A stretch of DNA of 64,000 bases from Clostridia bacterium (GTDB lineage Bacteria; Bacillota; Clostridia; RGIG6154): positions 289 to 64,288 of the forward strand of contig JAZROD010000002.1 in the NCBI GenBank assembly GCA_045648505.1. The letters run 5' to 3'. The notes beneath the pieces were generated by a model that was not told the origin of the DNA, made no database searches, and saw only the letters and a list, made by a program, of their open reading frames with translations. The position numbers and the translations under genes were made by a program. Positions 41,417-50,969 of this stretch are shown piece by piece; the stretch's first letter is position 1, and the number at the start of each line of letters is the position of its first letter.

Positions 41417-43291
41417 TTATATATAGAGACCAAGGCCCGGCATTAATATATCTGCAAAGTGATAATCATCATAAATTTTGTTTGTGATAACACTATAAAT
41501 ATCAATAGGCTTCTTGCTTGATTTTTTAAAGTCACATCCAACTTTTTCTGCAACATCACTATAAACTGAATAAAAACCTTCTGTGTAAACAGTAACGTTG
41601 TCAAGACCATAATTTTCTTTAAGCATATCAATACATCTTATAAGGTCATATACTCTTAAAGCACAGATACTGTCACCAAGGAATGCAAGCTCTATATTAA
41701 GCTTTGCAACTGCTGTGTAAAATGGTGCAGTTGCCTGACTTTTGAGCATAGGATTTGGTGTGCATTTACCCATACCTGATAAATCTGCAACAAAAACTGC
41801 TTGTCCTTGTTTTATAAGTGAGTCTATGTAGCTCTCTTTTTCAACAAGCTTGTCTGTTCCGCCTTCCCAAAGACAGAGTGTAACAGGGAGATTAGCGTCT
41901 TTATTTGCAAGCGGTGTGAATAATACACCATAGCATGGAAGCTGTTTTTGTGAGAACCAAAGAACTTTTTGAACATACATATCATCAATTTCGAGTTCTT
42001 CCAGACGTCTTATGTTGAATTTACATTCATCTCTGAATGAAAATACTTTTTTTGTAAGCTCGGCTTTTATTTTTTCAGGAGTCATTTTTGCTTTTTTCTT
42101 TAAGAACTCTTTTTTGTTTTCTTCGTATACCAGAGCTGAGTTAAGTTCTTCAAGAACTGAACCTTTTTTTGTAGCCATAAGATGTTCATAGTCTTCGGCA
42201 GGGCATACAATCTCTGCATCAGATTTTTTACCTGTGAATATTTCGTTGAAGAAATCGGCAGCGGCTTTTGCAAGATTAGCGGTGTAAGCATGTCTGCTGT
42301 CATCCCATGCAATCTGCAATTTATTTTCAACACCTAAAAGTTTATAAAATTCTTTCTCTTTTTCATATACTGCTTCTGTTCCTTCACGGCAGAAGAAATC
42401 ATTTTTAACACCTAAAATCATACATGCACGAGGGCGGATACATGAAATAAGTTCGTAATGGTCAAAAAGATTAAGGGTAGCACCCGGCCAGATTTGTTCA
42501 GCATCCTGAGGTGAGCCTGCATGAAGATACTCACGTCTTGATGTTATAAATGTTCCCGGTGCTGCTGCTTTAACTCTTTGGTCAACTGCGGCTAAAACTG
42601 CGGTCATAGTACCCCCGCCTGATGAACCTGTTGCACCAATTTTATCTGCATCAACTTCAGGTCTTTGCTGAAGATAGTCAATGCCTCTCATAGCATCTGC
42701 AAGGAAATATTTAGCAAGAGTTTCTCCTGCTAAAGTACACTGATTGCCGCAAAACTGATGCTCTTTTACGGGAAAGTCAGCTAACAATTCAGGATAATTT
42801 TTTCTTTCTCCCTGACCAATAGGCGCCATAGCAAGAACAACATTTCCTGCCTTGGCAATTGTTATGCAAGCACGTCTGTAAGCATATGCAAAATGTCCGT
42901 CAATTGCGTGACCACACTGGAATAAAATACCCGGTAGCTTGTCGGTCGCATTTTCAGGAATATAAAGGTTTGCAGTTGCAAAAAAATTCTTTCTCAGTTC
43001 AATAATAATGTTTTCAACTTTAACACCTTCAAAAAAACTTGTGCCTGTAACTTTTGCATTAAGTGGAAGAGTGTTGTTATAAGGTGTTTTGCCAAGACAT
43101 TTCAAAAATGTTTTTCGGGCATTTTCCTGATATTTAATAAATTCTTCCTTGGTTCTTATTTTATTACGTCTTCTGTCTGCCTTGTCAAAAGCAGCTTCGG
43201 CTATTTTGAAAATATGTAAAAAGAGCTTGTCGGCAGTGTTGTAATAATAATTATAAGGAGAAGAATCCTGTAATGTTGTAAATTTTGACAT
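41417..43291 (-). CDS. Acetylxylan-esterase-like alpha/beta hydrolase with degenerate second hydrolase domain
   Basis: CGH, GQGER, DYLQQRPEVDADKIGATGSSGGG, DAEQ, DFF, HAY. Confidence 0.8.
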   Translation of the reverse strand: MSKFTTLQDSSPYNYYYNTADKLFLHIFKIAEAAFDKADRRRNKIRTKEEFIKYQENARKTFLKCLGKTPYNNTLPLNAKVTGTSFFEGVKVENIIIELRKNFFATANLYIPENATDKLPGILFQCGHAIDGHFAYAYRRACITIAKAGNVVLAMAPIGQGERKNYPELLADFPVKEHQFCGNQCTLAGETLAKYFLADAMRGIDYLQQRPEVDADKIGATGSSGGGTMTAVLAAVDQRVKAAAPGTFITSRREYLHAGSPQDAEQIWPGATLNLFDHYELISCIRPRACMILGVKNDFFCREGTEAVYEKEKEFYKLLGVENKLQIAWDDSRHAYTANLAKAAADFFNEIFTGKKSDAEIVCPAEDYEHLMATKKGSVLEELNSALVYEENKKEFLKKKAKMTPEKIKAELTKKVFSFRDECKFNIRRLEELEIDDMYVQKVLWFSQKQLPCYGVLFTPLANKDANLPVTLCLWEGGTDKLVEKESYIDSLIKQGQAVFVADLSGMGKCTPNPMLKSQATAPFYTAVAKLNIELAFLGDSICALRVYDLIRCIDMLKENYGLDNVTVYTEGFYSVYSDVAEKVGCDFKKSSKKPIDIYSVITNKIYDDYHFADILMPGLGLYI

Positions 43292-43485
43292 TTAATCACC
43301 CAATATATACTATATTATATAAAAAAATTATATAGTAGACAAATTTTTTTGTCAAGGTACTTCTCATTTGGTTAGCTTTTTTTGTAGAAAAATGCAAAAA
43401 TTCTTTCGAATAATACATAGACTTTTAAGGAGTTATATTATATAATAAAATAATAAAAATATTTAGTACATATTGGAGGAAAATT

Positions 43486-46400
43486 ATGAAATTTTCAATA
43501 AAAAAACTTTTGTGTTTACTTATTTCATTATGCCTCATAAGTTCAGTTCTTGCTTTGCCCGCACTTGCTTCTTTCACACCGGATGAAGATTATAATGAAG
43601 TTGACCAAAAGAAGCTCAGAACTGCGATTTATTCGTTGCAGCAACCTATAGTAGAAGGCACTGAACTTGCACAGCACATTTACAGAAACGCCTTCAGTTT
43701 TAATTTTAATATGAAAGCTACTGTAAAAGAGGTTTTAGACCAGGTTTTCATTAACGGCTACAGTAAAGAGGAACTTGAAAGCGATAAGGCTTCTGCAAAT
43801 TCATCAACTGTTGTAGTTAATGTTATGGAAATGATTCTTCCAACACTTTACAGTGAGATTCCTGCAAATTTAAGTGCATATTTTGATGGTGATCCTGCAG
43901 AAAATCCAACATCTGCAAGTCTTGTTACAGGTGACTTGCTTCTTATGGAAAAAGATGCCGAATGCAGTATTTACATCTATGATGGAAACTACTTTGCAAA
44001 GCTTGTAAAACCACAGCTTATAAGAGAGGATGCAGACATACTTCTTTCTTCTGCAAAAAATGCAGACCGTTATGTTGTTTTAAGACCTTCAAGAGTTCTT
44101 TCCCCTGTTTTCCGTTCAACTGAAGAAACCGATGTTCTTACAGATGCACAGAAAGCACTTATAGGGACTGCAGAAAGTTATCTTTTAAGAGGTCATAGTA
44201 TTCAGTATGATGATACAACTCCATTCACTAAAAATTCATACAGATGGAACACCGGTTTAAGAACACCTGAAGAAGCAAGACCTGACGATATCAGTTATAT
44301 AAACTGTGCAGCCTTCACATCAGAAGTTTATAAAACCGCACTTGGAATTGATGATGTAAGATTTACCACTTCCTCATTAATAAAAGATCCTGACGTTGTA
44401 TGGAGTCACCCTAAAAACATAAACAACTCAATCGGTGGAGAAACTGAAGAGCAGAAGGCTGAAATTGAAGCAGATTTCTACAACAATCTCCAGCCTGGTG
44501 ATATTATTACTATCCGTTATATATCAGGTGGCGGACACGCTATGCTTTATATCGGCAATGGCAATATCATCCACAGTACAGGTAGTAGTTATAGTTTCTC
44601 AAAAGGTGAAATCTCTGAAGCCACAATCAGATATATGCGCGTTGAAGATTTTTTTGATTCTACAAGCAGAAGACATGTTTTCTCAAAGCTTACCAAGTTC
44701 TTCATTGTTCGTCCATTAAGAGACTGGAATGGTACTGTTCCGGAAAATACAATCAACAGAATTACAACAATGAAAGGTATTGTTGGTGAAAAGATATCAT
44801 CAAAAAACAGATTTTCAACTGTAAATCCTGGTGATGAAATTACATACACATTCAGAGTTTTTAACACAAACAACGAGACAAAAACTCTTGAAATTTCAGA
44901 TACAGTTCCTGAAAATACAACTTTTGTTTCAGGCGACTTAAATAACGACAATGGAAATCTTTCATATTCAATAACAGTTGCACCTTTTGAAACAAAAGAG
45001 GTTTCATATACTGTTAAAGTTAATGAAAACACTCCTGATGGCACCTGGATTAAAAGCAACTCTGCTACAATCGGTGGTGTACTTCATAAAACTTATGAAG
45101 TGCCTGTAAGAAACACATTAACATCTGCTCAACAATCTTCTATTTCTGATGCTATTGAAGCAAACTCTTCACTTGCATCATCAACAGACAAAGGTATTGC
45201 ATATGCCAACAAAATTTATAAAGATGTTATTGGTGTTGATGCAGTTCTTGACCACTCAAGCGTTACAGACATAAAAAATAATCTTATGCCTGCAATTAAC
45301 ATAGATACTGTTATTGATGGTATTAATATATCTGACTATATTGGTTTTTACCACCTTGATTATAACTCACATTATGCAAAGATGCTTGTTCCACGTATGT
45401 TCGGCGGAAGAAGAATTGTAACAGAGCTTCATCAGGATAAAATCGTTCAGAGACTTGATTATAGTCAGTTTGTAAATGGTGATATTATTATTACAGAATC
45501 ATCATCTGCAACAAACCTTTATATGTATAATAACGAAAAGATTTTAAATCTTTCAACAGGCAAATATGAGTCAGATACAGATGATTTCTTTGACAAAATT
45601 TTTGCTAACTATCGTTTTGCAGTTTTAAGACCTTCTATGACAGATACATATAAATATACTAAGCCTGAAAAGACTCCTCTTGAAATTTTAATTGCTGAAC
45701 TTGGTGAATTAAATGAGGCAGGTATAAAAGATGATGTTTCACTTGCAGTAATTGAAGCAAAGATTGCTGAAATTGATGCATATCTTGCAGCTAATACCAA
45801 TGAAGCATTAAAACCTTCACAGCAACTCACTTACACTGCTGCAGCGAACAATATTTATGATTACAAATTCCCTCCTGTTATAGTTCCTGAAGACCACATT
45901 GAAGCAAAAGGCAAAATCTGGTTTGCTTTAGGTGGCAACTCAAAGTTCTTTGTAAAAACTGATGATGATGCTTTTATAAACAAATCAAGTTATACACGTT
46001 TCCTCCCGGGCGTTGACTTCGCAGGATATGTTGGCACACCAACAGGAAATTTTGCAACAGATCAGGCGGCTATCGTAAACCCTTCATATGGTGGAAGTAT
46101 GCTTCCATATACAATTGACCAGAATCCTTCAAAGATTACTATTTCATCATATCCTGACTTTACTACTGAGGATGGCAATCTTTACTGGACTATCAAAGGT
46201 ACTCCATACCTTGTAAGACCATATAACAATGTTATCAAGCTTTTGGAAACTGCACCGGATACAAAGAATGTAACAGATCAGGATGCAAAGGACAGATACG
46301 CATCATTAACATCAACAACTATTGATGTTCCTGATAAAAAGTATAAATCTCTTGGTTTTATCGGTGCTTGTACTACTGCATACAGAAAATACTACAAAGT

Positions 46401-48036
46401 AACAATTTACTATGAAGACGGAACAACCACTTCATCAGTTGAAAATATTTCAGCTGCATACAATGTTAACGACACATCTATTTTCTGCGATGGTGGTATT
46501 GTATACCTTGCAAACTTCCTTAATAACACAAACGAGAGAAATTCAAGATTTGGCTTTGTTCCTTGGGAAATTGATAGTGCAGATTTTAATACTGAAAAAG
46601 TAATTACAAAAATCAAATTTGAGATTGATGAAGCGGACACAAACACCAAGTTTGCAGGGTTTATCATTTCTGCATGGGGTGAACCTGTAAAAGATTCTAC
46701 AGAGCCTGATGTACCGCAGCCATCTACTCTTGATGTTTTAATCACAGAGCTTGATGCTTTAAATACTGCAGGCATCAACGATGATGATGCACTTTCTGCA
46801 GTTGAAGCAAAAGTTGCAGAAATTGATGCTTATCTTACAGCTAATGCATTAACTCTTACCGACCTGCAGAAAACAGTTTATGACTTGGCAAAAGAAAAAA
46901 TAGAGGCATACGAAGATGCACAGACAACAGATGATAAGAGCATCTACGCCCAAGGCAAAATCTGGTTTGACTTAAATGGTAACTCAAAATTCTTTGCAAC
47001 AAAAGAAGATGAGCAGTGGACAAACAGAGCAACATATAGCGACTTTTTACCAGGTGTTGACTATTCAGGTTATTTATTATCACCAACAGGTGATTTTACA
47101 GCAGACCAGGCAGCTATTGCATCAACAGGTAAAGGTGGTTCGTTCTTCCGTTACACTCTTGATGCAGGTACAACACTTTCACAGCATACAGATCCTGACT
47201 TTAAGACTGGCGAAGATGGTAACATTTACTGGACAATCAAAGGTGTCGATTATCTCATAAGAGTTAATGAAAAGATTATCAAAAACCTTCACAAAACAAT
47301 AACAACAACAGCACTTAATGATGCGGCTATGATTAAAAGATACACATCTCTTAACGATCCCCACACAATTAATGTTCCCGACAAAAAATATAAATCTGTC
47401 GGTCTCCTTGCAGGTGCAAAACTTAACTATTACAAAAGACTTAAAGTCTCTCTTTACTATGAAGGCAGTAGTGAGCCTGTTGTGTATGAAGGCGACGACA
47501 TGAAGATGATTGTTGCCACTGCAACAAGTCCTGATGATGGTACTATGTACCTTAGAAGCTTCAAAGACACATCAAACTCTCAAAAAGGCGGAGGATCATA
47601 CTTTGTGCCGATAGAAATTCAGACAGATTCAACTAAAACTCTTACAAGAATTGTACTTGATGATGCAGGAACAAACAATCCAAATGAACCGTTTTATGTA
47701 ATTTCTGCATGGGGTGTTGAAAAAAGTGACATTTCAGGTGAACTTTCACTTGTGAAAAACACAGAAGCAGAAACAGGCAAACTAATTTCTGCAACTGTTA
47801 ACTACACTGTAAACAACCCTTCCGGGCTTGCAGGAGAAAATTACACTGTTATTATAGTTTGCTATGACCAAAACAATCATCTTTGCGGCAAACAAATCTC
47901 TCCTTATTCAACACAGGAGGGACAGAAAGAGATTTCGTCATCCACAACTTATGAAGTACCAGAAAATACAGTTTCAGTTAAAGCATTCTTATGGAAAGAT
48001 TTAGCAACTATGACACCTATGGCAAGTTATAAATAA
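43486..48036 (+). CDS. Large secreted protein: NlpC/P60-like cysteine peptidase domain, DUF11-like domain, tandem ~330-aa repeats, shared C-terminal domain
   Basis: Signal peptide; NCAAFTSEVY...PGDII...GHAMLYIGNGNIIHS; VNPGDEITYT...SDTVPENTTFVSG; repeats KGKIWFALGGNSKFF / QGKIWFDLNGNSKFF. Confidence 0.78.
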   Translation: MKFSIKKLLCLLISLCLISSVLALPALASFTPDEDYNEVDQKKLRTAIYSLQQPIVEGTELAQHIYRNAFSFNFNMKATVKEVLDQVFINGYSKEELESDKASANSSTVVVNVMEMILPTLYSEIPANLSAYFDGDPAENPTSASLVTGDLLLMEKDAECSIYIYDGNYFAKLVKPQLIREDADILLSSAKNADRYVVLRPSRVLSPVFRSTEETDVLTDAQKALIGTAESYLLRGHSIQYDDTTPFTKNSYRWNTGLRTPEEARPDDISYINCAAFTSEVYKTALGIDDVRFTTSSLIKDPDVVWSHPKNINNSIGGETEEQKAEIEADFYNNLQPGDIITIRYISGGGHAMLYIGNGNIIHSTGSSYSFSKGEISEATIRYMRVEDFFDSTSRRHVFSKLTKFFIVRPLRDWNGTVPENTINRITTMKGIVGEKISSKNRFSTVNPGDEITYTFRVFNTNNETKTLEISDTVPENTTFVSGDLNNDNGNLSYSITVAPFETKEVSYTVKVNENTPDGTWIKSNSATIGGVLHKTYEVPVRNTLTSAQQSSISDAIEANSSLASSTDKGIAYANKIYKDVIGVDAVLDHSSVTDIKNNLMPAINIDTVIDGINISDYIGFYHLDYNSHYAKMLVPRMFGGRRIVTELHQDKIVQRLDYSQFVNGDIIITESSSATNLYMYNNEKILNLSTGKYESDTDDFFDKIFANYRFAVLRPSMTDTYKYTKPEKTPLEILIAELGELNEAGIKDDVSLAVIEAKIAEIDAYLAANTNEALKPSQQLTYTAAANNIYDYKFPPVIVPEDHIEAKGKIWFALGGNSKFFVKTDDDAFINKSSYTRFLPGVDFAGYVGTPTGNFATDQAAIVNPSYGGSMLPYTIDQNPSKITISSYPDFTTEDGNLYWTIKGTPYLVRPYNNVIKLLETAPDTKNVTDQDAKDRYASLTSTTIDVPDKKYKSLGFIGACTTAYRKYYKVTIYYEDGTTTSSVENISAAYNVNDTSIFCDGGIVYLANFLNNTNERNSRFGFVPWEIDSADFNTEKVITKIKFEIDEADTNTKFAGFIISAWGEPVKDSTEPDVPQPSTLDVLITELDALNTAGINDDDALSAVEAKVAEIDAYLTANALTLTDLQKTVYDLAKEKIEAYEDAQTTDDKSIYAQGKIWFDLNGNSKFFATKEDEQWTNRATYSDFLPGVDYSGYLLSPTGDFTADQAAIASTGKGGSFFRYTLDAGTTLSQHTDPDFKTGEDGNIYWTIKGVDYLIRVNEKIIKNLHKTITTTALNDAAMIKRYTSLNDPHTINVPDKKYKSVGLLAGAKLNYYKRLKVSLYYEGSSEPVVYEGDDMKMIVATATSPDDGTMYLRSFKDTSNSQKGGGSYFVPIEIQTDSTKTLTRIVLDDAGTNNPNEPFYVISAWGVEKSDISGELSLVKNTEAETGKLISATVNYTVNNPSGLAGENYTVIIVCYDQNNHLCGKQISPYSTQEGQKEISSSTTYEVPENTVSVKAFLWKDLATMTPMASYK

Positions 48037-48045
48037 AAACAAAAC

Positions 48046-48150
48046 AGCTAACCATCAGGTTAGCTCAGAATGTCGAAAAAGTCCAGAAAAGTCTGGGCTT
48101 TTTCTTCATTTTATGGTATAATAATATTGGTGATGAAAGATGATGGTAGT
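48046..48150 (+). mobile_element. Possible IS1182-like left-end remnant inserted at a terminator
   Basis: Hairpin AGCTAACC-ATCA-GGTTAGCT, then CAGAATGTCGAAAAAG, a hairpin, TGGTATAAT, GGTGA RBS and ATGATG that stops after 4 codons. Family guess is from recall of IS-end architecture. Confidence 0.3.
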
Positions 48151-48351
48151 GTAATATAAAGAAAGCAATAGTTTTAATTAATAGCGAACAAATCGTTCAA
48201 ATGTAATGGCTGATGATTTTAGAGAAAAAATATTTCTGATTGATTATATACTGAAGAATATTATACAAAATCTATATGCGTGTACCTTTGAGAATTTTCA
48301 TCTCTTCTTTTTCTCATAACAACTATAGAATGTTTATAAGGTGCATGATTT

Positions 48352-48383
48352 AAGTACAGCTTGTTGTCAGGCTGTACTTTTTT
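48352..48383. terminator. Terminator hairpin downstream of the relaxase
   Basis: AAGTACAGC-loop-GCTGTACTT followed by a T-run. Confidence 0.6.
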
Positions 48384-48465
48384 ATATTTTTATTTAAAAC
48401 ACGTATATTTAATATGTGATTATGTCAAATGGTGCTAGTTGTATAAAGTGAATTATTAATGTTTT

Positions 48466-49785
48466 TCAATTATATCGCATTAGTTTTTTCTTGGTGTTTC
48501 TTAGCATTACTTCTTGATCAAGTTTTTGCGCCTTATTATAGCGTTCTTTGATGCGTTCTGCATCAGTTAAAATATTATTGCACATTCTGACTTTCGCCCG
48601 TAGTTCTTTCAGTTCGGTATTTATATCTGCGATTTCGCTTCTGGCATCAGGATTGTGATATAATCTTGAGCGTTTTAATTTAAGAACAGAAATTTTATCT
48701 TCAGCCATTTGCTTCATTTCGATAAGCTGAACTGAAGTTTCAATATCATTATCATAAAGAAAATGAAACTGTTTTTGGTATCGCTCAAATTTTATAAGTT
48801 CCTCTCGAAGATAAAAACTTACTCTCTGTGGCGTTTCTTTCTTGCGTATTTTACCGAACAGATATAAGTAGTGATAATACAAAGCCTTGAATCCTTTGAG
48901 CTTTGTCGGCTCATATTTTTTAAGCCAAGCATTGTAGTCGGGTTTAGGTGCAGAAAAATCTCTAATACCATTTCTCGCCTTGATAATACGCTCTTTAATT
49001 GATTCAGGACTATAATTTTCACCAAGAGATTTAAGGCGAATATACTTTTCTGAGAATGTGGGTTTCAACGCTATGTATTTACCCGTATCCTTAACATCAT
49101 ATCCTCTGCGTTTTAGCTCTATCCAAAAATTTTGAACCGTATATGAGCATTTTATAATTTCATCAAGCTCGTCTTTTATCTGTCCTCGTATCGTGGGATA
49201 GCCGTTTTTCTCAGCATACCACTCAGCATAATGCTTACCCTTGCTTTTAGGTTTTCTTATTACTGACAGATTATATTCCTCACAAAGCCTATCAGAAATC
49301 TTTTTAATGAGGTTATAGTTTTCTGTGTTGTCGTAATATTTCTTACCATCTGCAAAAGATACAGAGTTAATAACAAAATGATTGTGCAAATGCTCTTTAT
49401 TTAGATGAGTTGCGATTACAACCTCAAATCTATCTCCCCACATTTCCTTTGCAAGTCTTTTTCCTATTTCATGTGCAATTTCAGGTGTAACCTCTCCAGG
49501 TTTAAAACTCTGTATAGCATGAAATGCTACGATACCATCCATTTTACCATAACGGAGTTTTGTTTGGTACATCTTTTTCTTTGCTGTATCGGGCGTTGTA
49601 TTAACACCCGATACATATAAGCTTCGCTCTGTCTTATAATCATCGGAGGCATAGTCCATAACATCGTGGAGAGCTTGTATTTGCTTTTCAGTATATTTAT
49701 TTCCAACAGTTTTTTCTGGATTGGCAGCATAATTTATCAGACTATCAACTCTACCTTTTATGTCCCATATTTTTGTTGTTGCCAT
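48466..49785 (-). CDS. Relaxase/mobilisation nuclease (MOB-P, PF03432-like)
   Basis: LINYAANPEKT, FHAIQSFKPGE..PEIAHEIG, ATHLNKEHLHNHFVINSVS (HUH motif). Confidence 0.93.
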   Translation of the reverse strand: MATTKIWDIKGRVDSLINYAANPEKTVGNKYTEKQIQALHDVMDYASDDYKTERSLYVSGVNTTPDTAKKKMYQTKLRYGKMDGIVAFHAIQSFKPGEVTPEIAHEIGKRLAKEMWGDRFEVVIATHLNKEHLHNHFVINSVSFADGKKYYDNTENYNLIKKISDRLCEEYNLSVIRKPKSKGKHYAEWYAEKNGYPTIRGQIKDELDEIIKCSYTVQNFWIELKRRGYDVKDTGKYIALKPTFSEKYIRLKSLGENYSPESIKERIIKARNGIRDFSAPKPDYNAWLKKYEPTKLKGFKALYYHYLYLFGKIRKKETPQRVSFYLREELIKFERYQKQFHFLYDNDIETSVQLIEMKQMAEDKISVLKLKRSRLYHNPDARSEIADINTELKELRAKVRMCNNILTDAERIKERYNKAQKLDQEVMLRNTKKKLMRYN

Positions 49786-50129
49786 TTTACATCGCCTCCT
49801 TTGATTTTATCAGGAACGGTGAAGAAGGTGTTGATTTGCAAAATCACCTTATCCAACCGCTCTGCCTGTTCTTTCAGCAGAGTAGTGTCAATCTTATCAA
49901 TATTTGATTCCGCTCTGCAAATATCATAAAGGTTGGTGTTAATTTCTGTCAGTTCTGACATCATTTCATCATAACCATTTGGTGGTCGTGGTTTGGGCAA
50001 ATATCCTCTTGCAACGGTTCGTATAAAAGCTGATTTTGTAAGACCTGTTTTTGCTATTGCCTTGTTCAAGGTTTCATATTCCTGCTCACTTAGCCTTGCA
50101 GAAAAAGTCTTTGTTCTGTTGCGCATCAT
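49758..50129 (-). CDS. mobC: MobC-like relaxosome accessory protein
   Basis: RHH-like N-terminus (RLSEQEY...GLTKSAFIR) and NTNLYDI. Overlaps the relaxase start. RBS AAGGAGG before MMRNR. Confidence 0.8.
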   Translation of the reverse strand: MMRNRTKTFSARLSEQEYETLNKAIAKTGLTKSAFIRTVARGYLPKPRPPNGYDEMMSELTEINTNLYDICRAESNIDKIDTTLLKEQAERLDKVILQINTFFTVPDKIKGGDVKWQQQKYGT

Positions 50130-50139
50130 GCCGCCTCCT

Positions 50140-50212
50140 TTCGCAATTGGGGTGTTAGGGGTATCCCTTAAAAATCGAATTTGTAATGCCAAATTCAGTG
50201 CTTGTTACAACA
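50140..50212. other. Candidate oriT of element 1
   Basis: GC-rich GGGGTGTTAGGGGTATCCCTTA plus GAATTTG...CAAATTC inverted repeat immediately upstream of mobC, the usual oriT position. Confidence 0.5.
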
Positions 50213-50569
50213 TTAAATATAAATTATCTCGCTGAAGATAATTTCCTCTGCATACGCTTTTGCGTTGTTCATATGACCAACCCACGCCATCTGCTCAGTA
50301 GCTTTATCGGGAGCATTTTGCTCTGCTTCCTTGATGAATCTGTCTAAAATTTCTTGTGCCTGAACATCGACCTCGTGTAAATGTTCAAGTAGTTTTCCGG
50401 TCATAAGAAGTGTGCTATACAAACATCGTTTGCTTGATTTCAAATGGTTTCTTCTAAGCCTTCCGTACTTGCCGATTTCGTGCTTGCACTTCGGCACCGT
50501 CAAGTTTGGTATGTAACAGTTGCCACACCTTACATACTCAATTCCGTTTTCCATAATTCTTTCTTCCAT
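50213..50569 (-). CDS. tnpV: TnpV-family protein
   Basis: IEYVRCGNCYIPNL...IGKYGRLRRNHLK...WVGHMNNAKAYAEEII. Confidence 0.88.
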   Translation of the reverse strand: MEERIMENGIEYVRCGNCYIPNLTVPKCKHEIGKYGRLRRNHLKSSKRCLYSTLLMTGKLLEHLHEVDVQAQEILDRFIKEAEQNAPDKATEQMAWVGHMNNAKAYAEEIIFSEIIYI

Positions 50570-50642
50570 TGTAAAATTCTCCTTTCCTTTAGTAACCTAA
50601 ACGGGAATGTGGCACATTCCCGTTTATGCAATTAAGGTGAAA

Positions 50643-50900
50643 TTAATATCTGAAATCTTCGTGCATTCCAACTGCATCGAGATATTTCAGCCGTGCCTTT
50701 TCTCTTTCTTCAGGTGTGTCAGCAGTTTTATATTGAGTGTAGTAACTGCGTTTTGAAATGGCATCAAGTTTTTTATCAATTCCTTTTTTAATGTCATAAT
50801 AAAACTCACATACATCGTCATCATCAAAGCCAAGCTCATCACTAAAAAAGTATTTAACCATTTGAACAAACAAGTCTTGCTCTATTTGAATTTTCTTCAT
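50643..50900 (-). CDS. Small conserved mobile-element protein
   Basis: 85 aa with RBS; motif YTQYKTADTPEEREKARLKYLD recurs in such elements (recall). Confidence 0.75.
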   Translation of the reverse strand: MKKIQIEQDLFVQMVKYFFSDELGFDDDDVCEFYYDIKKGIDKKLDAISKRSYYTQYKTADTPEEREKARLKYLDAVGMHEDFRY

Positions 50901-50969
50901 ATCTTATCACATCCTTTCAAGGTGGCAAGATGCCCTTTTATATAGAACATGTCATCTTGCCATCTTACT

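Noticed and set aside
41248-41433. 61-aa minus-strand ORF after the alpha/beta hydrolase
   Set aside because: Runs through two terminator hairpins; no RBS or motif.
1481-47364. Numerous 60-190 aa ORFs nested in or antisense to large genes (e.g. 1903..2352, 14355..14924, 44589..45059)
   Set aside because: Fully overlap well-supported CDSs; composition reflects antisense codon bias.
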